From Camelus dromedarius (Eukaryota), in the NCBI RefSeq assembly GCF_036321535.1, contig NC_087447.1, positions 39,372,001 through 39,436,000 of the forward strand: a stretch of DNA of 64,000 nucleotides, read 5' to 3'. Shown piece by piece: positions 1 to 12,245 of this stretch. A program made the position numbers and the translations under genes. Below the pieces are notes generated by a model, which saw nothing but the letters and a program-made list of their open reading frames with translations, ran no database searches and was not told the DNA's origin. Every line of letters begins with the position of its first letter. Positions within the stretch are counted from its first letter, which is position 1.

Positions 1-123
1 ATTATAGCTTTTTACAAGCTACTGAATATATCTCCCTATGCTATACAATAGAACCTTGTTGTTTATCTGTTTTATATACAGTAGTTTGTAACTACTAATA
101 CCAGACTCCTAATTTATCCCTCC
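1..123 (-). mobile_element. LINE-1 3' UTR fragment, cetartiodactyl type (continues outside window)
   Basis: Reverse complement reads GGGATAAATTAGGAG...AAACAGATAAACAACAAGGTTCTATTGTATAGCATAGGG, colinear with the L1 3' UTR at 43455-43560 in this window. Confidence 0.9.
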
Positions 124-129
124 ACTCTC

Positions 130-580
130 CTTGTGAGAGTGTTTTTGGATGAAGTAACATCTGAATTGATAGACTGAGTAAAGCAAATTGCCTTCCCTAA
201 TGTGGGTGGGCCTTACCCAATCAGTTAAAGGCTTAAATAGAACAAAAATCTGAACTTCCCCCAAGTAAGAGGGAATTCTTCCTATCTTACCGCCTTCAAG
301 ATGAAGCACTGGTTTTTTTTCCCTGCCTTCAACCTGAAACATCGGCTCTTTCTGGGTCTCAAGCCTGCCAGCCTCTGGACTGGAACTACACAATCCACTC
401 TGGGGTCTTCAGCTTCACAACTCACCTTACAGATCTTGGGCCTTCACAGATGCTGTAATTACATGAGCCAATTCCTTATGATGTACAAACACGCGCACGC
501 ACGCACACACACACACACACACACGACATAGATATTTTATCATATTGGTTCTGTTTCTCTGGAGAACCCTGACTAACGCA
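130..580 (+). mobile_element. MLT2-type ERVL LTR, 5'-truncated at the L1 junction
   Basis: MLT2 motifs AATGTGGGTGGGCCTTACCCAATCAGTTAAAGGC and terminal TTGGTTCTGTTTCTCTGGAGAACCCTGACTAA; internal CA tract. Confidence 0.85.
490..525. repeat. (CG/CA)n microsatellite inside MLT2
   Basis: CACGCGCACGCACGCACACACA... seen directly. Confidence 0.9.
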
Positions 581-1369
581 GAAGGGACAAAAAGTACCCA
601 CATATCCCCCAGGGGAAGCAGGACTCTTACATACATCTGCACACTCAGGAGCGAGTGACTGGTCTCCCTGTCTCTCCAGCGCACATCTGTAAGGAGAGGA
701 TGAAGGAAGAACCAACCATTTGACCCAAAAGGGCACAGAAAACATCTATGAAGGGGATACTTGACACAACACTAGAAGCTTCACTTGGTCATACAACATA
801 TCTAAGGTTTTTCAGCAGAAACTGAGCAAATGGCAGAGAGGTAAAGAGAACATTTCCATTTAGGGGACATGGACTAGGCAGACTGGTTAAGAGATGGCCA
901 CAGCACCCCAGTGACAGCTCAGCTGGAAGGGTTTCACCCCATTACTAATCAAGCTGGATTTTAAAAAGTGTCCATCACTTCCTGGGCACAAACGAAGTAT
1001 GGGTTTTATGAGTCAGAAGTCCAAATAAGCAGGCCTGGATGTTAGGTGGGTTTCTCTGGCCTGCCTGGCCCCTGTCTCTTTGGCAGAATTGCAGCCCACT
1101 CTGAGCTGTAGAAAACGTGACTGCCCACATCCTCTCTGCTCAGATGTCTGAATCTTGATTTCAGATTTCAGTTGTCAGCCTCGAGACCATAAGTGTCAGG
1201 AGGGGTGGAGACTGGGAACCTGGCATCACAAGAAGGACAAACAAACAGTAAAACAAGGGAAATTCCAGACTTTCTGAGGCAAAGAGGAGCAAGTAGGGAC
1301 AGAGTTGGGGTGAACCTTGGGGATGAGGCTGAACAGTTCCTCAGGCATCTTCTGGTTGAAACCTCCCAG

Positions 1370-1470
1370 TTTTCAAGTGGTGACACTACGCCCAGAGAAG
1401 GGAAGGGGCTTGCCCATGTCACACAAGATGTTCTAGGAACAGAACTCTGGACTCTGTCTCCAAGACCCAA
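1370..1470 (-). mobile_element. MIR SINE fragment
   Basis: GCCCAGAGAAGGGAAGGGGCTTGCCCATGTCACACA resembles the antisense MIR core. Confidence 0.6.
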
Positions 1471-2779
1471 TAACGTTTATGTTTTATCATAATACTTCTT
1501 AAAGGAAAACCAAACCCTACCCTTCTACCCAATAAGACAGGAGACCTGAGGGTCAGGGTCCAGGCCAGAGCAGCTCTGGAAGGCAGGGTGGTGTAGTCCA
1601 GGTCTAGAGCAGAAGCTGTACAGGTGCTGCCCATCCCTACACCTCTCACTCCCATCCACACGTCGGAGCAGGAAGGGGGCCCGCAGGTGACCTGCTCAGA
1701 ACAGTGGAGAGAAAGGGCCCCAGGTGACCAAACACCCATGTTCCAGATCTGTCCCTGTGAGTCCCCACAAATCACTCTCCCTCTTTGTGTTTCAGTTTCC
1801 CGATCTGTACATTACATTGGTCTGACTTCATGCTCTTTGTTTTTACTGGTATTTGGACATCCTACAGGTCAAAAAACTGTGTCCCTATTTGAGGCAGAGA
1901 CAGACATCCTAGGTTTGTTCCAGAGGCAGAACTATTCTGTGCTACAGTCACCAAGATATAGATTGTCTGGCATCAAAGGCCACAAAAAGGCAGATTTCTA
2001 TTAAAATTAAAAGGGGAATTGGAGGAAGCGAGAGACAAGGCTAACTTGTCTTCACTTTGAAAATATTTTTAACAGAAATTTTGAGGAGGTTCACCTCCTC
2101 TCCCAGCTGTGTGCCTCTCCCATCTTCCCAGAACAGAACTCAGTCGAGAGGCAAATCGAAAACTGCGCCTTCCTCTGAAGGGGTAGCCTGCCTTGGGTCC
2201 CAGGGCAGCTGGCTTTGGCAGAGGTGACAGGCGAGACAGGTGCTCCTGGATGAGGACTCAGAAGTGGACACCCTGTGTGGCCTAGGTGCAGGTTATAGAG
2301 GAGCTGTTGTTACCGACAGCCCCCGCACCGAGATCTGGAGCAGACATGATTCTCAACAATACATTATTTGATTTCAAAAGATGCTAAGTAGGAGTACGTG
2401 TTTGTTTGTTTTTTAAGAAAGATGTTGGGTATCCTTGTTATCTGGGTAATTACAAATTGCTCATACCTCGGAAAAGTAGCCACCCAATGGAAGGGAGGGG
2501 TCCCCTTGAACATGCTTGTCCCAGGGCAATTGCCCCCTGCATTGCCTATCCTCCTCTACCATCTCCCCACCTCAAGCCTCTCACATATCCTTGGCTGGGT
2601 AACTCCCATCCATCTCCCAGGGTGTGGTGCGGCCTGCTCAGGAAGTCTATCTTGACCCAGATAGTTGGGTTGGGTGCCTGTATCAGACGCTGATGCTCCA
2701 TCCAGATTTCCTCGATCCCTTTACTATTTCTCTATACCCCTCCCTGGCTTCCTGGCTTCCTTCTGTTTTCCCCTCTGGA

Positions 2780-3140
2780 ACGTTTTTGCTTCCTGCAGCT
2801 TCTCCAGGACAACTGCCCCGGGCCCACTGGCGCCAAGGTGTCTAGAGTGTTAGGGGAGGTGTATGCCTGCCCTCACAGTGGCCCCTAGCCACTGACTGGC
2901 AGGGTGGGAGTCTAAAAGCTCATCCTCTTCTGTTGGGACAAACTCCGAGGCCTGGCTTATATTCCAGTTTCCCTGTGCAGTCAGGCGGAAGCCACTTGCA
3001 GTGGGATTTGTGCCTCAAATCTTGCCCTGGTTGGGTCTCTTCCCCTGTTCTGCTTCCCCTGCTCTCTTACTGGTTTCTCCTGGGAGCACTACTTGAAAAA
3101 TCAGGAGTATATGAGATGCACCAATCTCTAGGGCTCCCCA
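2780..3140 (+). mobile_element. LTR16-like ERVL LTR
   Basis: TGGGACAAACTCCGAGG and GGTTTCTCCTGGGAGCACT resemble recalled LTR16 consensus. Confidence 0.6.
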
Positions 3141-3229
3141 CCTAGGATGGCACTCCTCCTCCTATGTGCCCCCACAGCCCTATGGACACTCTCCTGTTGT
3201 AGGACTGATCATAGTGAGCTGTCAGTCCC

Positions 3230-3365
3230 TCTGTGCTAGCCAGTCCCCACCCTGGACTGAGTACTTTCTGAAGGCAGGGACTGTGCTCTGTCCACAGCTG
3301 TATCTCAGGACAAACTCAGGACCTGCCAATGGACTCAGTGAGAGCTTGTGAGTGAATGAACCATG
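3230..3365 (+). mobile_element. L2 LINE 3' end
   Basis: GAAGGCAGGGACTGTG...TGTGAGTGAATGAA, the L2 terminal motif. Confidence 0.7.
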
Positions 3366-4358
3366 AATTCCAGATATCAGAATCAGTCAGAATCAATCCC
3401 AATGGAAGGCTGAACCCAGAAAGGTATCTGAAATGTATGCTTTCTTGAAAATGGAGTGAGTGTCGGGGGGCCCCAGCCAGTGGGCCTAGGACCAGAATAA
3501 TCACTTCTTCCTCATGCTCTTCTAGTTTGGCTGTTGATCCCATTTTCCCACAGGCCTTCCTCTTATAAAAGGACACATGTGTTTATATCTGTCTTCTTAG
3601 TTTTTAATTCCTCTGCAGCTCCTGCATCCAGCCTCTCAGATTCCACCTCAGGGTCCACATTCCTCTCTTAGCTTCCAGTTCACTGTTGGATACTGACCTG
3701 CCTCAGAATTCCACCCTGAGTCCTGCACCTGCCAGGTCAGATCTGCTAACTGTTGTGCCCAGTCCCCAGCCTGTCCCCATCATTTGCCCTCTCCAGAGGG
3801 CAGGACTCTAATCACAACACCCCCGGCCCATTCCCCTGACCTCACCCAGTGCCAGCACAGCGTGGAATGTGGTTGTGACAGAGAAGCCCAGTCTACCACC
3901 ACCGCACGATCTTCGGCACTTCCAGGCAGGCCCAGGCAGGTCGCCAGGGGTTGTGTTGACACGAAGGCTGGCCCGTAGCTTTCCCAGAAGGAACCGCGAT
4001 GAAGGCTCGTAACAACGGCCACTAGGCCCAGATGGAGACCAGCAGATTGGAGGGCTGTCACACCCTAAGTCACCTGCGGCTCTGGAAGATGTTTGGCATG
4101 GTCTGAATTTATCCGGGAGGAGGATACCAAGGCCCACTTGTCCCACTTACTTGAGGGCAAGGGTAAGGAGCAGAAAAAATAAGTCACACACAAGAGATGA
4201 AAGAGCCTGGAGGCAGAGGCCCCTGCTGGAAGAGGGGCCCCTGGCTGAGGAGAGGGCCCGCGAAGCAGGCCTAGAGGGTAGACAGCCATTGGAACGGGCT
4301 ATTTAGTTGCAGAGAAAAGGCGCCTAAATCTCGTGGACTAGAAAAAAGTGCTTGACAA

Positions 4359-4373
4359 TGAACTTCGTGAACT
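4359..4373 (-). promoter_or_regulatory. DR3 nuclear-receptor element AGTTCA-CGA-AGTTCA (VDR/PXR-RXR type)
   Basis: Plus strand TGAACTTCGTGAACT; motif match only. Confidence 0.4.
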
Positions 4374-5179
4374 GTGTTCCTTTCCCTTTGCTAATGTGGC
4401 AAATGTCATCCTTTCATCAAACAATTGCAGGCAAGCGATGAACGTTTGGGAGTCAGGCTGTGCAGGAAGTGATGGTGACCTTGGCTGGGCAGTCAAAGAG
4501 AGGGCCGAGGAGATGCTAATGCTTTTACAGCCAGGAGGCCTGGGGATTTCTTCAACACAGACTCACGGCACAAAGAGCCACAGAAGGATGAACAGGCTCT
4601 GTGTGAGACGATCCCGGGAGGAGCATCTAGGCACACAAGTCCCATTTCAGGCTTTCTCTGCCTTTAACTCCACCACGCTACCTGTTCCAGATCCTCCTCT
4701 GTCACACCTGTACAGGTGTCAGAGACCCCAAATCTCCTGGCCTTCCCCCCACCCCTTCCTTCAGTGTAATATATATTGTCTTCCTTGCACTAGGCAGACT
4801 GTGGTGAACAAAACATCAAAAACTTTTTCTCAGTGGCGTTTACATTCCAGAGGGAAGACACAGACATGTACAGCATGTCAGAGAGTGGTAAGCCACAGAG
4901 GGGAGAGGACAGTGCTGGTGATAATGGGGGGGGGGGGGAGGGATGGCGAGGTTAAAGACAGAGGTCAGGGAAGGCCTTGCCATTGAAGTTTTTATTAAGC
5001 TCCTTCTCTCCGTCAGACACTGTGCTAGCTACTATGTATGCACTGGGCACAAATTTCAAATAAGGGGATGTGATTCACCCTTGTAAAGCTTACTAAGCTC
5101 CTTTTCTGCCCACCTTTAATCTCTCCTCAACATGGCTGGCCTGGTGATTTTCCTACAACACAGGGACCATCACATCACT

Positions 5180-5812
5180 ATCCTGCTTAAAATCCTTTGA
5201 TGACACATCAATGTGGTGAGGTTCCTGAGCGGGTTTAAGCCCTTTAATCCCTGTGCCACCCACATTCCAGTCCAGGGTCCACACAGTCCAATTTGCCTGG
5301 CTCATGCACTCTCCCATCATTATTAACAGCGTGCTGCCGTGCTCCCCGAAGTGTCTCAATGTGGGTAATAACTTACGCAGTCACAGTATTTGTAACACGT
5401 GCCCAATGCTTCAGCTGAGCAAAATACCCACTGTCCTTCAGAAACATGTGCTGTTCCCACCTCCCGAACCTTGCTCACAGTCTTCCCTCAGTCTGGGTTA
5501 CCCTTTCCTGCTTGGCTTGTCTGGTAAAATCCTCTTTATCTTTAAAAACCAGCTGAAACAATACCTTCTCTCTGTTTCTGGGCTGTCTCCCCACCCTCAC
5601 TCCTCTACTCAACAGCATCATTTGTTCCCTCTGCCATGTCCCCAGAAGTCATCCCTTATGCTGGTGCAGTGTGCTGGACACTCCGTCTGGGTGTCGTCTC
5701 CGCCTCTGCACTGGGAAAGGGCCTGGACCCTGTTTAGCCCTGTGTCCCCAGGGCCTTGCCCAGCGTCTGAACCACATCAGGTGCTGGGTAAGCATGGAGT
5801 AGGTTGAATGCA
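5180..5812 (+). mobile_element. L2 LINE 3' region
   Basis: CCTGCTTAAAATCCTTTGATG...CCTGTGTCCCCAGGGCCTTGCCCAG...GTTGAATG; may be interrupted by non-L2 sequence. Confidence 0.6.
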
Positions 5813-6439
5813 ATGTGGTTGTGCACTAGCTACAAATATAATGGCTGAAAGCTCTAAAGACTTCCAAGGAAACTATTAGAACTGGAAGACTGCATCTCCC
5901 CCTCCCCCTCCAAATCTGTCACATAATTTCTTCAACATTGCGTGAAGTCAGTGTCCCACGGTGGACCTCTTGTTGATCTGAAGCTTAATTTTCCAGCTCA
6001 CAAGTGTTCACTCACCTATACTCTGTAATATCTCACCCTTCCACCTCCCTTGCTTCCTGGGGGAGAGCCACTGTGACATGTGCTTTGGCTCTGAGTCTTG
6101 GGTCAGGGGAGTAAAGGATACTCTCAGCCTATGAAGACTGGGATAAAAGGGAAGTGAAATAGGGGGTTCAGAGTGGGAGCCGGCCAAATAGCATCCCTTA
6201 TCCAAAGCTGACATGATAAGTTTCTAAAAAGGGAGACATCCAAGGGGAAAGTGTTGGTATCAGCAGCAATTTTTCAAGCAGTTGGAAGAGACACGAGCCA
6301 TTCTATGTTCATCAGTCCTGAGTAAGAGAGGACAATGGGGGAAGCTTAGCCCACAACTAAAGTCAGGAGGAAAAGGTTAGAAGAGGGGGTGTAAGGCAAT
6401 GGAATGAGCGCAAACTGTGGTTTTTAAATCTTGGCTTAC

Positions 6440-7190
6440 CATTCACTCAGGTGTTGATCTATTCATTTATATTCAGTCACATTCACACAATGAATATGGA
6501 GCGCCTACCTCGGTCCAGGCACTGTGCAAGGTGTTTAACAGACAATGATGAAAAAAAAAAACCCAAAAGACCCACTCCATGCCAGTCTGGTGAGGAAGTC
6601 TGAAGATAATCAAATGCTCATAAGAGAAAAATGCCCATTTTAAATGGTGGTAAGTGCTCTGGAGGAAATAGGCAACCGGCCTCTATGGGCATATAACAGC
6701 GCCGGGGAGCAAGACCAGGCTTGCTGGGGGAAGCTCGGGTGAGTTGTGAGCTTAAGGATGAAGAAGAGTGCACTGAGGCCCAGGTGGGACCAGGAAGGTG
6801 GGCCTGCGGTGGCTCCCCAGGTGGAGGTAGCAGCATGTGGAAGGTCTTGTGCCAGAGAGCAGCATGGCCCTGCCGAGCTGGTGTAGAGCCCAAAGGGTGA
6901 AGGGAAAGCAGGACAAGATGAGGCTGAGAGAGGAGGGCACAGATCATGCAGGGCTGTGTCAGACACCTTAGGGCATCTGGTCCTTTTGCCAAGAGCATGA
7001 GATGACAAGGGAGATTTTTAGTGGTGAGGGTGGGGCAAAGAGTATGTATGTGTCACCTGATCAGATATGTACTTTGAAAACTTCATTCTAGCTGCAGGGA
7101 GAAAAGATGTCGAAGTGGAGAGATCTCTTAGAAAGTAACTGCAAGAATCCAGGCCAGAGATGGGTGGGGGCTTGGACTAGGGAGGGGGCT
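6440..7190 (-). mobile_element. L2 LINE 3' region
   Basis: ATTCATT...GAGCGCCTAC...CCAGGCACTGTGC at the start; CAGATCATGCAGGGC and AATCCAGGCCAGAGATG...GGCTTGGACTAGGG further on. Confidence 0.8.
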
Positions 7191-8449
7191 GTGCCACTTC
7201 CCCTAACCTCTTCCAGTCTCAGTGTGTCATTCTGTAAAAGAGACGATAAGATTTAAAGCTTTGGGTGAGAAAATAGGCCAAGTGTCTAGTTCACAGGCAA
7301 ATGCTCGACAGATGTGTGGTTTCCCTCCCTCCTGGGTGAAGCAGGCAGCTGACACCTTGGCCGAGGTTCCTGGGCCTGCCGGGCTTTGCTCTCTGAGACA
7401 ATTTTTGTTTTATTCACAGAAGCAACCCCGTGTTTGGGCAGGGAAATGAGACAGGAAACAGCCCAAGACACATTGCGGAGAAGTTCCTTTCCAAAATATT
7501 TTTGAGGTGTAAAAAGAGAGGACAAACTATGTAGATCCCAGGAGTGTCTCTCTAACACACACATACCCCAGTGTGAGGTTCCTTAGGTAAAAAGTGACAT
7601 TGGTCTCTGTCACAATAGGGAGGGCCAGTGCCCTAGCTAAGAAGGCTGTTGGACTCCTAGGGGTGTTGTTATACCTGAAGCTTCCTTGGAAAAACCCTTC
7701 TTGTCTCTTGCAGCCAATCAAGAAATGAAAGTTGCATTGGACTGTGATCAGGTAACTTAAATAAAGGCCTCTTGTGTTCATCCCGGTATGTGCAATATCA
7801 GGTGACGTGCTCTTCCAATGAAAATAAAGAGTGGCTATCCTCCAACTCAGCAGAGGGGGAGAGAAAGCCTCCCCCCTCTCATGTGGTCTGCTAGAACAAA
7901 GCCTTCGTCATTGGTTAGTTCACAGAGAGCACAACTAAGAGGGACTCACACATTTGCATTAATCAGATGGTGTTACTGTAAGCACAGTAAGAGATGCTGC
8001 TGGTAAAAAAAAAAAAGAAAACGTAATTTCATTATATTCCCCTCTCAAAGTAACAACCAACAAAAGAAAGCTCACCTTGAAGCACTGAAAGCAAATCATT
8101 CTTTCCTGGAGACCAAATTGGCAAAAACATTTTGCAAAACCTACTGTAACATAAATGATTCCTGCATTTAAAGCCTGTAACCAAGAAAGTCACACTTCCT
8201 TTTAGGACCCAAATAATGATGGCATTAACTCCAAAAGCTGGATTGTTGGTTAACAGCTCCCCTCATAGTGTCCTTGGTTATTTCAGAAGGTTCCCAAAGG
8301 GTGCCCCAGTCTAATCTCTGAGCACAGACACCTTGGTGTAGGGCCCTCACCCTCCTCTCCTGGTTGGCTGCCCACTCATCTGGAAGCTTCCCTGCTGTTC
8401 CAGACTGTCAAGCGGATGCCAATGACCCTACCATGGGGGTTCCTCCACT

Positions 8450-8780
8450 GAACGGCCAGGAAACTACTGGAGGGTTCTGAGCAGAGAAGCACATATTCTT
8501 ATCTCTTATAGGTTCACGATATTGCTGTGCTAAAAACAAACTGTAGGGGGGCAAGAGTGCCAGCAAGAGACCTGTTAAGAGCCTATTGATGTGCAGGTGA
8601 GAGGTGAGAGGGCTTGGAGCAGAGTGGAGGCAGTGAAGGTGGTAATATGTGGTCGGATCCTGGATATATTTGAAAGGTAGAACTAATAGGATTGTCTAAT
8701 TGGAATGTAAGAGAGAGGAGTCAAGGATAGCTCCAAGGTCCTTGGCTGAGAACCAACACGGAAGGAGCCGCCATCACGTT
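8450..8780 (-). mobile_element. L2 LINE fragment
   Basis: GGTCGGATCCTGGATATATTTGAAAGGTAGAAC...GAGGAGTCAAGGATAGCTCCAAGG. Confidence 0.8.
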
Positions 8781-9129
8781 CCCTGAATGGAGAATTAGCT
8801 CTATCCACCTTGCTTGCCTGACTGAGTCCTTAAACTGTCCCTACTAGTTATTAAGCCTGATACTGGGAATGATGAAAGCTATCTTTCGACCTTATTCACT
8901 GAAGATTATATTTACTTCTGGCAAACAGACTACAGTCACTTCTCAGCCAAAAAAAGAAAACTTTAAACAGATATTTTTAGTAGAAATTTTATAGGCAAAA
9001 TTTTTCTTTTTTTAAATTGAGATATAGTTGTCATTATAACCAGGAAAATTTTCTGATTATAATCTAGTAATTTTAAAAATAAATTATTAAAAGGTGAAGA
9101 AAAGTCTTCACTTGAGAATTAAGAAGCAT

Positions 9130-10450
9130 GCCCCTAGATGATGTCTGGCTTAATGGGGGAATCAAAAAGCAAATTTTTATTGCTGGAAAGCAATAAAAAG
9201 GAGAAACACAAAATTAAAACCAATGACCCATAAAACAACTATTCTCCCCTCCCGCCCACAAAGCTAATGCTTAGGTTGTGGTGACTGGTCAATTAAAAAT
9301 AAATAAATAAATAAAACCAATGACCCAGCACAGGCTGTCCTGAGAGAAAAATTTGTGGCCTATTATAATTCTCCTACAATTGGAGAAAAAAAGACTAAGA
9401 AGTAAGAGAACTAAAGACTTGTCTTCAAGAACTAGTGAAGTAACAATAAGCCAAAGGATACTAGGAAGAGATTTATAAAAATAAAAGCAAAATTTTATTA
9501 AATATGAGTTAATTAAAATTTAATTTATTGATTTATTAAATTTAATTAATTATAACATTTATTAAAAGTTTAAATAGACCTAAAAGCTGGTCCCTTAAAA
9601 TAGCTAAATCCTTAAGGAAAATTGAATAAGTGAAAAAGAGAGAAAAACCCTAAAAGGGAGATTCAACCCTCTGGCAATAAATTTAAGAATTTAGAGAGAA
9701 AAGATGACTTCTTGGCACAGTACATATTACTAATGCTGACCTAAGAGGAAGAGGAAAACTTGAAGAGACCAATTACCATTACCTGAAAGACGTATAATTA
9801 AGAGTTCCTAGGACCAGATGGCTTACCAGGTTAGTAACAAACCATTGTTTATTCTATTTCCCTCTCTTATAACCCAGCCATAGCACTTGGTTCTACAATG
9901 AATAATAGTTACATAGTCATAATATTTGAATTCTATTTATTGGTTTTTTGTTTTAATAGGAATAGAAAAATCAACCCCCAGACCAAGAAAACTCAATTAT
10001 AACTGTACTATAATATTCAAATGTTATGAATATCTTAACATGTTAAAATATGGTTCATTGACAAAAATAGGGAGGATATGAGGGGAGAAGTAGATGGCAG
10101 TGTAGGTGCATCTAACAGAGAGCGAGTGTATAAATATGTTCAAGTTTGATGGATTAAGACGTAGAAATTTTGGTATATTATTTAATGATAGTCATCAGAA
10201 GAACTCAAATTAAGACTAACACTTACAAAGACCAAGAAAAGAGAGAGGGAATGGAAAAGGGAAGTGGGAGGTGTAATAAATGTGCTAATTTCACCATATT
10301 TCATATTGAAGAGTCAACAGATACTGTCTAGGATAAGTAAATCATGAAATAAAGATTTAAGTATTAGAAGTTAAAGTCATGGTGGCAACCACCAGAAAAA
10401 CTCAGAATAGAAACAGTTCAAAGCAGTCATTTCTGGGTGTAAAAGAGATA
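9130..10450 (+). mobile_element. Old degenerate L1 (L1M-type) fragments including ORF2 remnants
   Basis: A-rich strand; AAAAGCTGGTCC, GAAAACTTGAAGAGACCAATTACC and GGACCAGATGGCTT (the GPDG motif of ORF2). Confidence 0.7.
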
Positions 10451-10819
10451 CAGTATTTTAATTTTATTTTGCACTCTAATGTTCTGTTTGCATTCTTATA
10501 ATCAGTTCTTATAAATAGCAACATTCATACACACATACATAAAAATAGAGGAGAAAAGAGCCAACACAACAAGTGGAAAAGTGCCTGGTTGTGAAATGAC
10601 CAAGGAAAGAATTTCATGGGAAGACATCTGAGGCGCAGTTTTCAGTTGTTTGTGGTGGGGTGTGCCCTGTGAGTCACCCTTCACCACTCCCACAGTCTGC
10701 ATTGCTCCCAGATGGATCAGAGGACCTCAAGAGCTATTGAATGGGGCAATCAGGTGGGCTCGAGGTGAACACATGCGGATTATGGAGCTGTAAGACAAGC
10801 AGACAGCGAGTACCCTGCT

Positions 10820-11330
10820 TACACAAAGATGGATCCAACAATTTCTATCTTGAGGAGTTCACAGTCTATAGAAGCAGCAAGATAGAAACAGAGCTGTGCT
10901 TGGGGCTATGTACAGTGGAATCAAACTACTTGGTGAATATAGAAAAGAAAACTGGAAGAGTCAATGAAGTCTATGACCTCTGAGTTACATGTTGAAGGTT
11001 GAGGAGAGAGGGAGAGGAAGGGCCTTCTTGGCAGAGGAATAGGAAAGGGGCCTGGCAGGGTGAGGCTTGTTCCTGGAATGGTGGGTGGTTGGTGTGGCTA
11101 GATCAGAGGCTGTGTGGGGTGGGGAGGTTGACAGGAAGTAAAGCTAGAATGATAGGCTGAGGCAGATGGTGAAGTGAAGAGCTTGGGCATTAGCCCATAG
11201 GTGATGAAACATCAGCGAAGGGCTGGGAGTGGGAAAATGGCATGACTAGATTTGCATTTTAGGAAGATCACTCTGAGTGGAAGCTGGCAGGCCAGTTAAT
11301 ATTGTGAAAATTGCGGAAGACATAAGGAGA
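10820..11330 (-). mobile_element. L2 LINE fragment
   Basis: CTTGAGGAGTTCACAGTCTA...GGCATGACTAGATTTGCATTTTAGGAAGATCACTCTG. Confidence 0.75.
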
Positions 11331-12074
11331 GAACGAACAAAGTCTGTGATGTGGGAGCTGAGCATCTCAGTACTTGTCAGCAACACATGATTGGACACTC
11401 AGATAAATCCAGGGAAGATGGACTTGACATAGACCCACTTAAGAGAGTGCTGCCCAGAGAGACTTAGCCAATGGTCAAGTACAACGTCTCTGGGTGCAGC
11501 AATCCCCAGGTATGGTTTTGGAAAATGGTGGGCATCAGTGATTCTGGAAGTATGGCTATCCCAACAGATGGGACACCAGACTGGAGGATTCAGAAAGGAA
11601 ATTTCTGAAATCCAGGCAGGCACAGACCTAAGCAAGAGCAGGGCTATTATATGCAACAAAACCTCTCAGTGACTTACTTTTCCCCCTTCTTCTTCTAAAC
11701 CAATGCCTGAATCAGAGTTGGGACCAGACAGAGTCATGTGGCTGCCCCAATCTAATTTGCTTTAATATTTCTTCTATATTCATTTAATGGAGTTGGAAAG
11801 AGAAAACCTATTTTCGATAAAAATACAATACAAACATCATGAAAAAAGGTCTTCCTTATTGTCAAAGCAAAGCATTGTTAAATACTACATAAACAATATA
11901 TTTTAAAATATTTTTGTTTGAATTTTTGTGTTTCATTGATTTTTCTCTTGCTTATAACTAGATAACATTAGGTTACTCATCAGAAATTGGAATAATTTAC
12001 AGTAATATAGTTACATAAGTTTTTACCCATCCCCTCCTGACCCTGGGTTTTAATAAATTGCTTTGAATCCCTTC

Positions 12075-12245
12075 TTCATTATTGACTAGCTGTATGACAA
12101 GGCATGTTACTTAACTGCCTCAGGATCATTTTCCTAATATGGAAGGCAGCAGTATTATTATCTTCCTCTCAGAGTTGCTGTTAGGATAAACTGAGTTTAT
12201 TGTGTGAAAGTTTCAGCAGCATGGTAACTACTCAAAAATGCTGGT
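12075..12245 (+). mobile_element. MIR SINE
   Basis: ACTAGCTGTATGAC...GTTACTTAAC...CTCAGAGTTGCTGTTAGGATAAA. Confidence 0.65.

Noticed and set aside
4348..4986. 212-aa plus-strand ORF
   Set aside because: Non-ATG start, runs into an L2-like fragment and a poly-G run, no recognisable domain.
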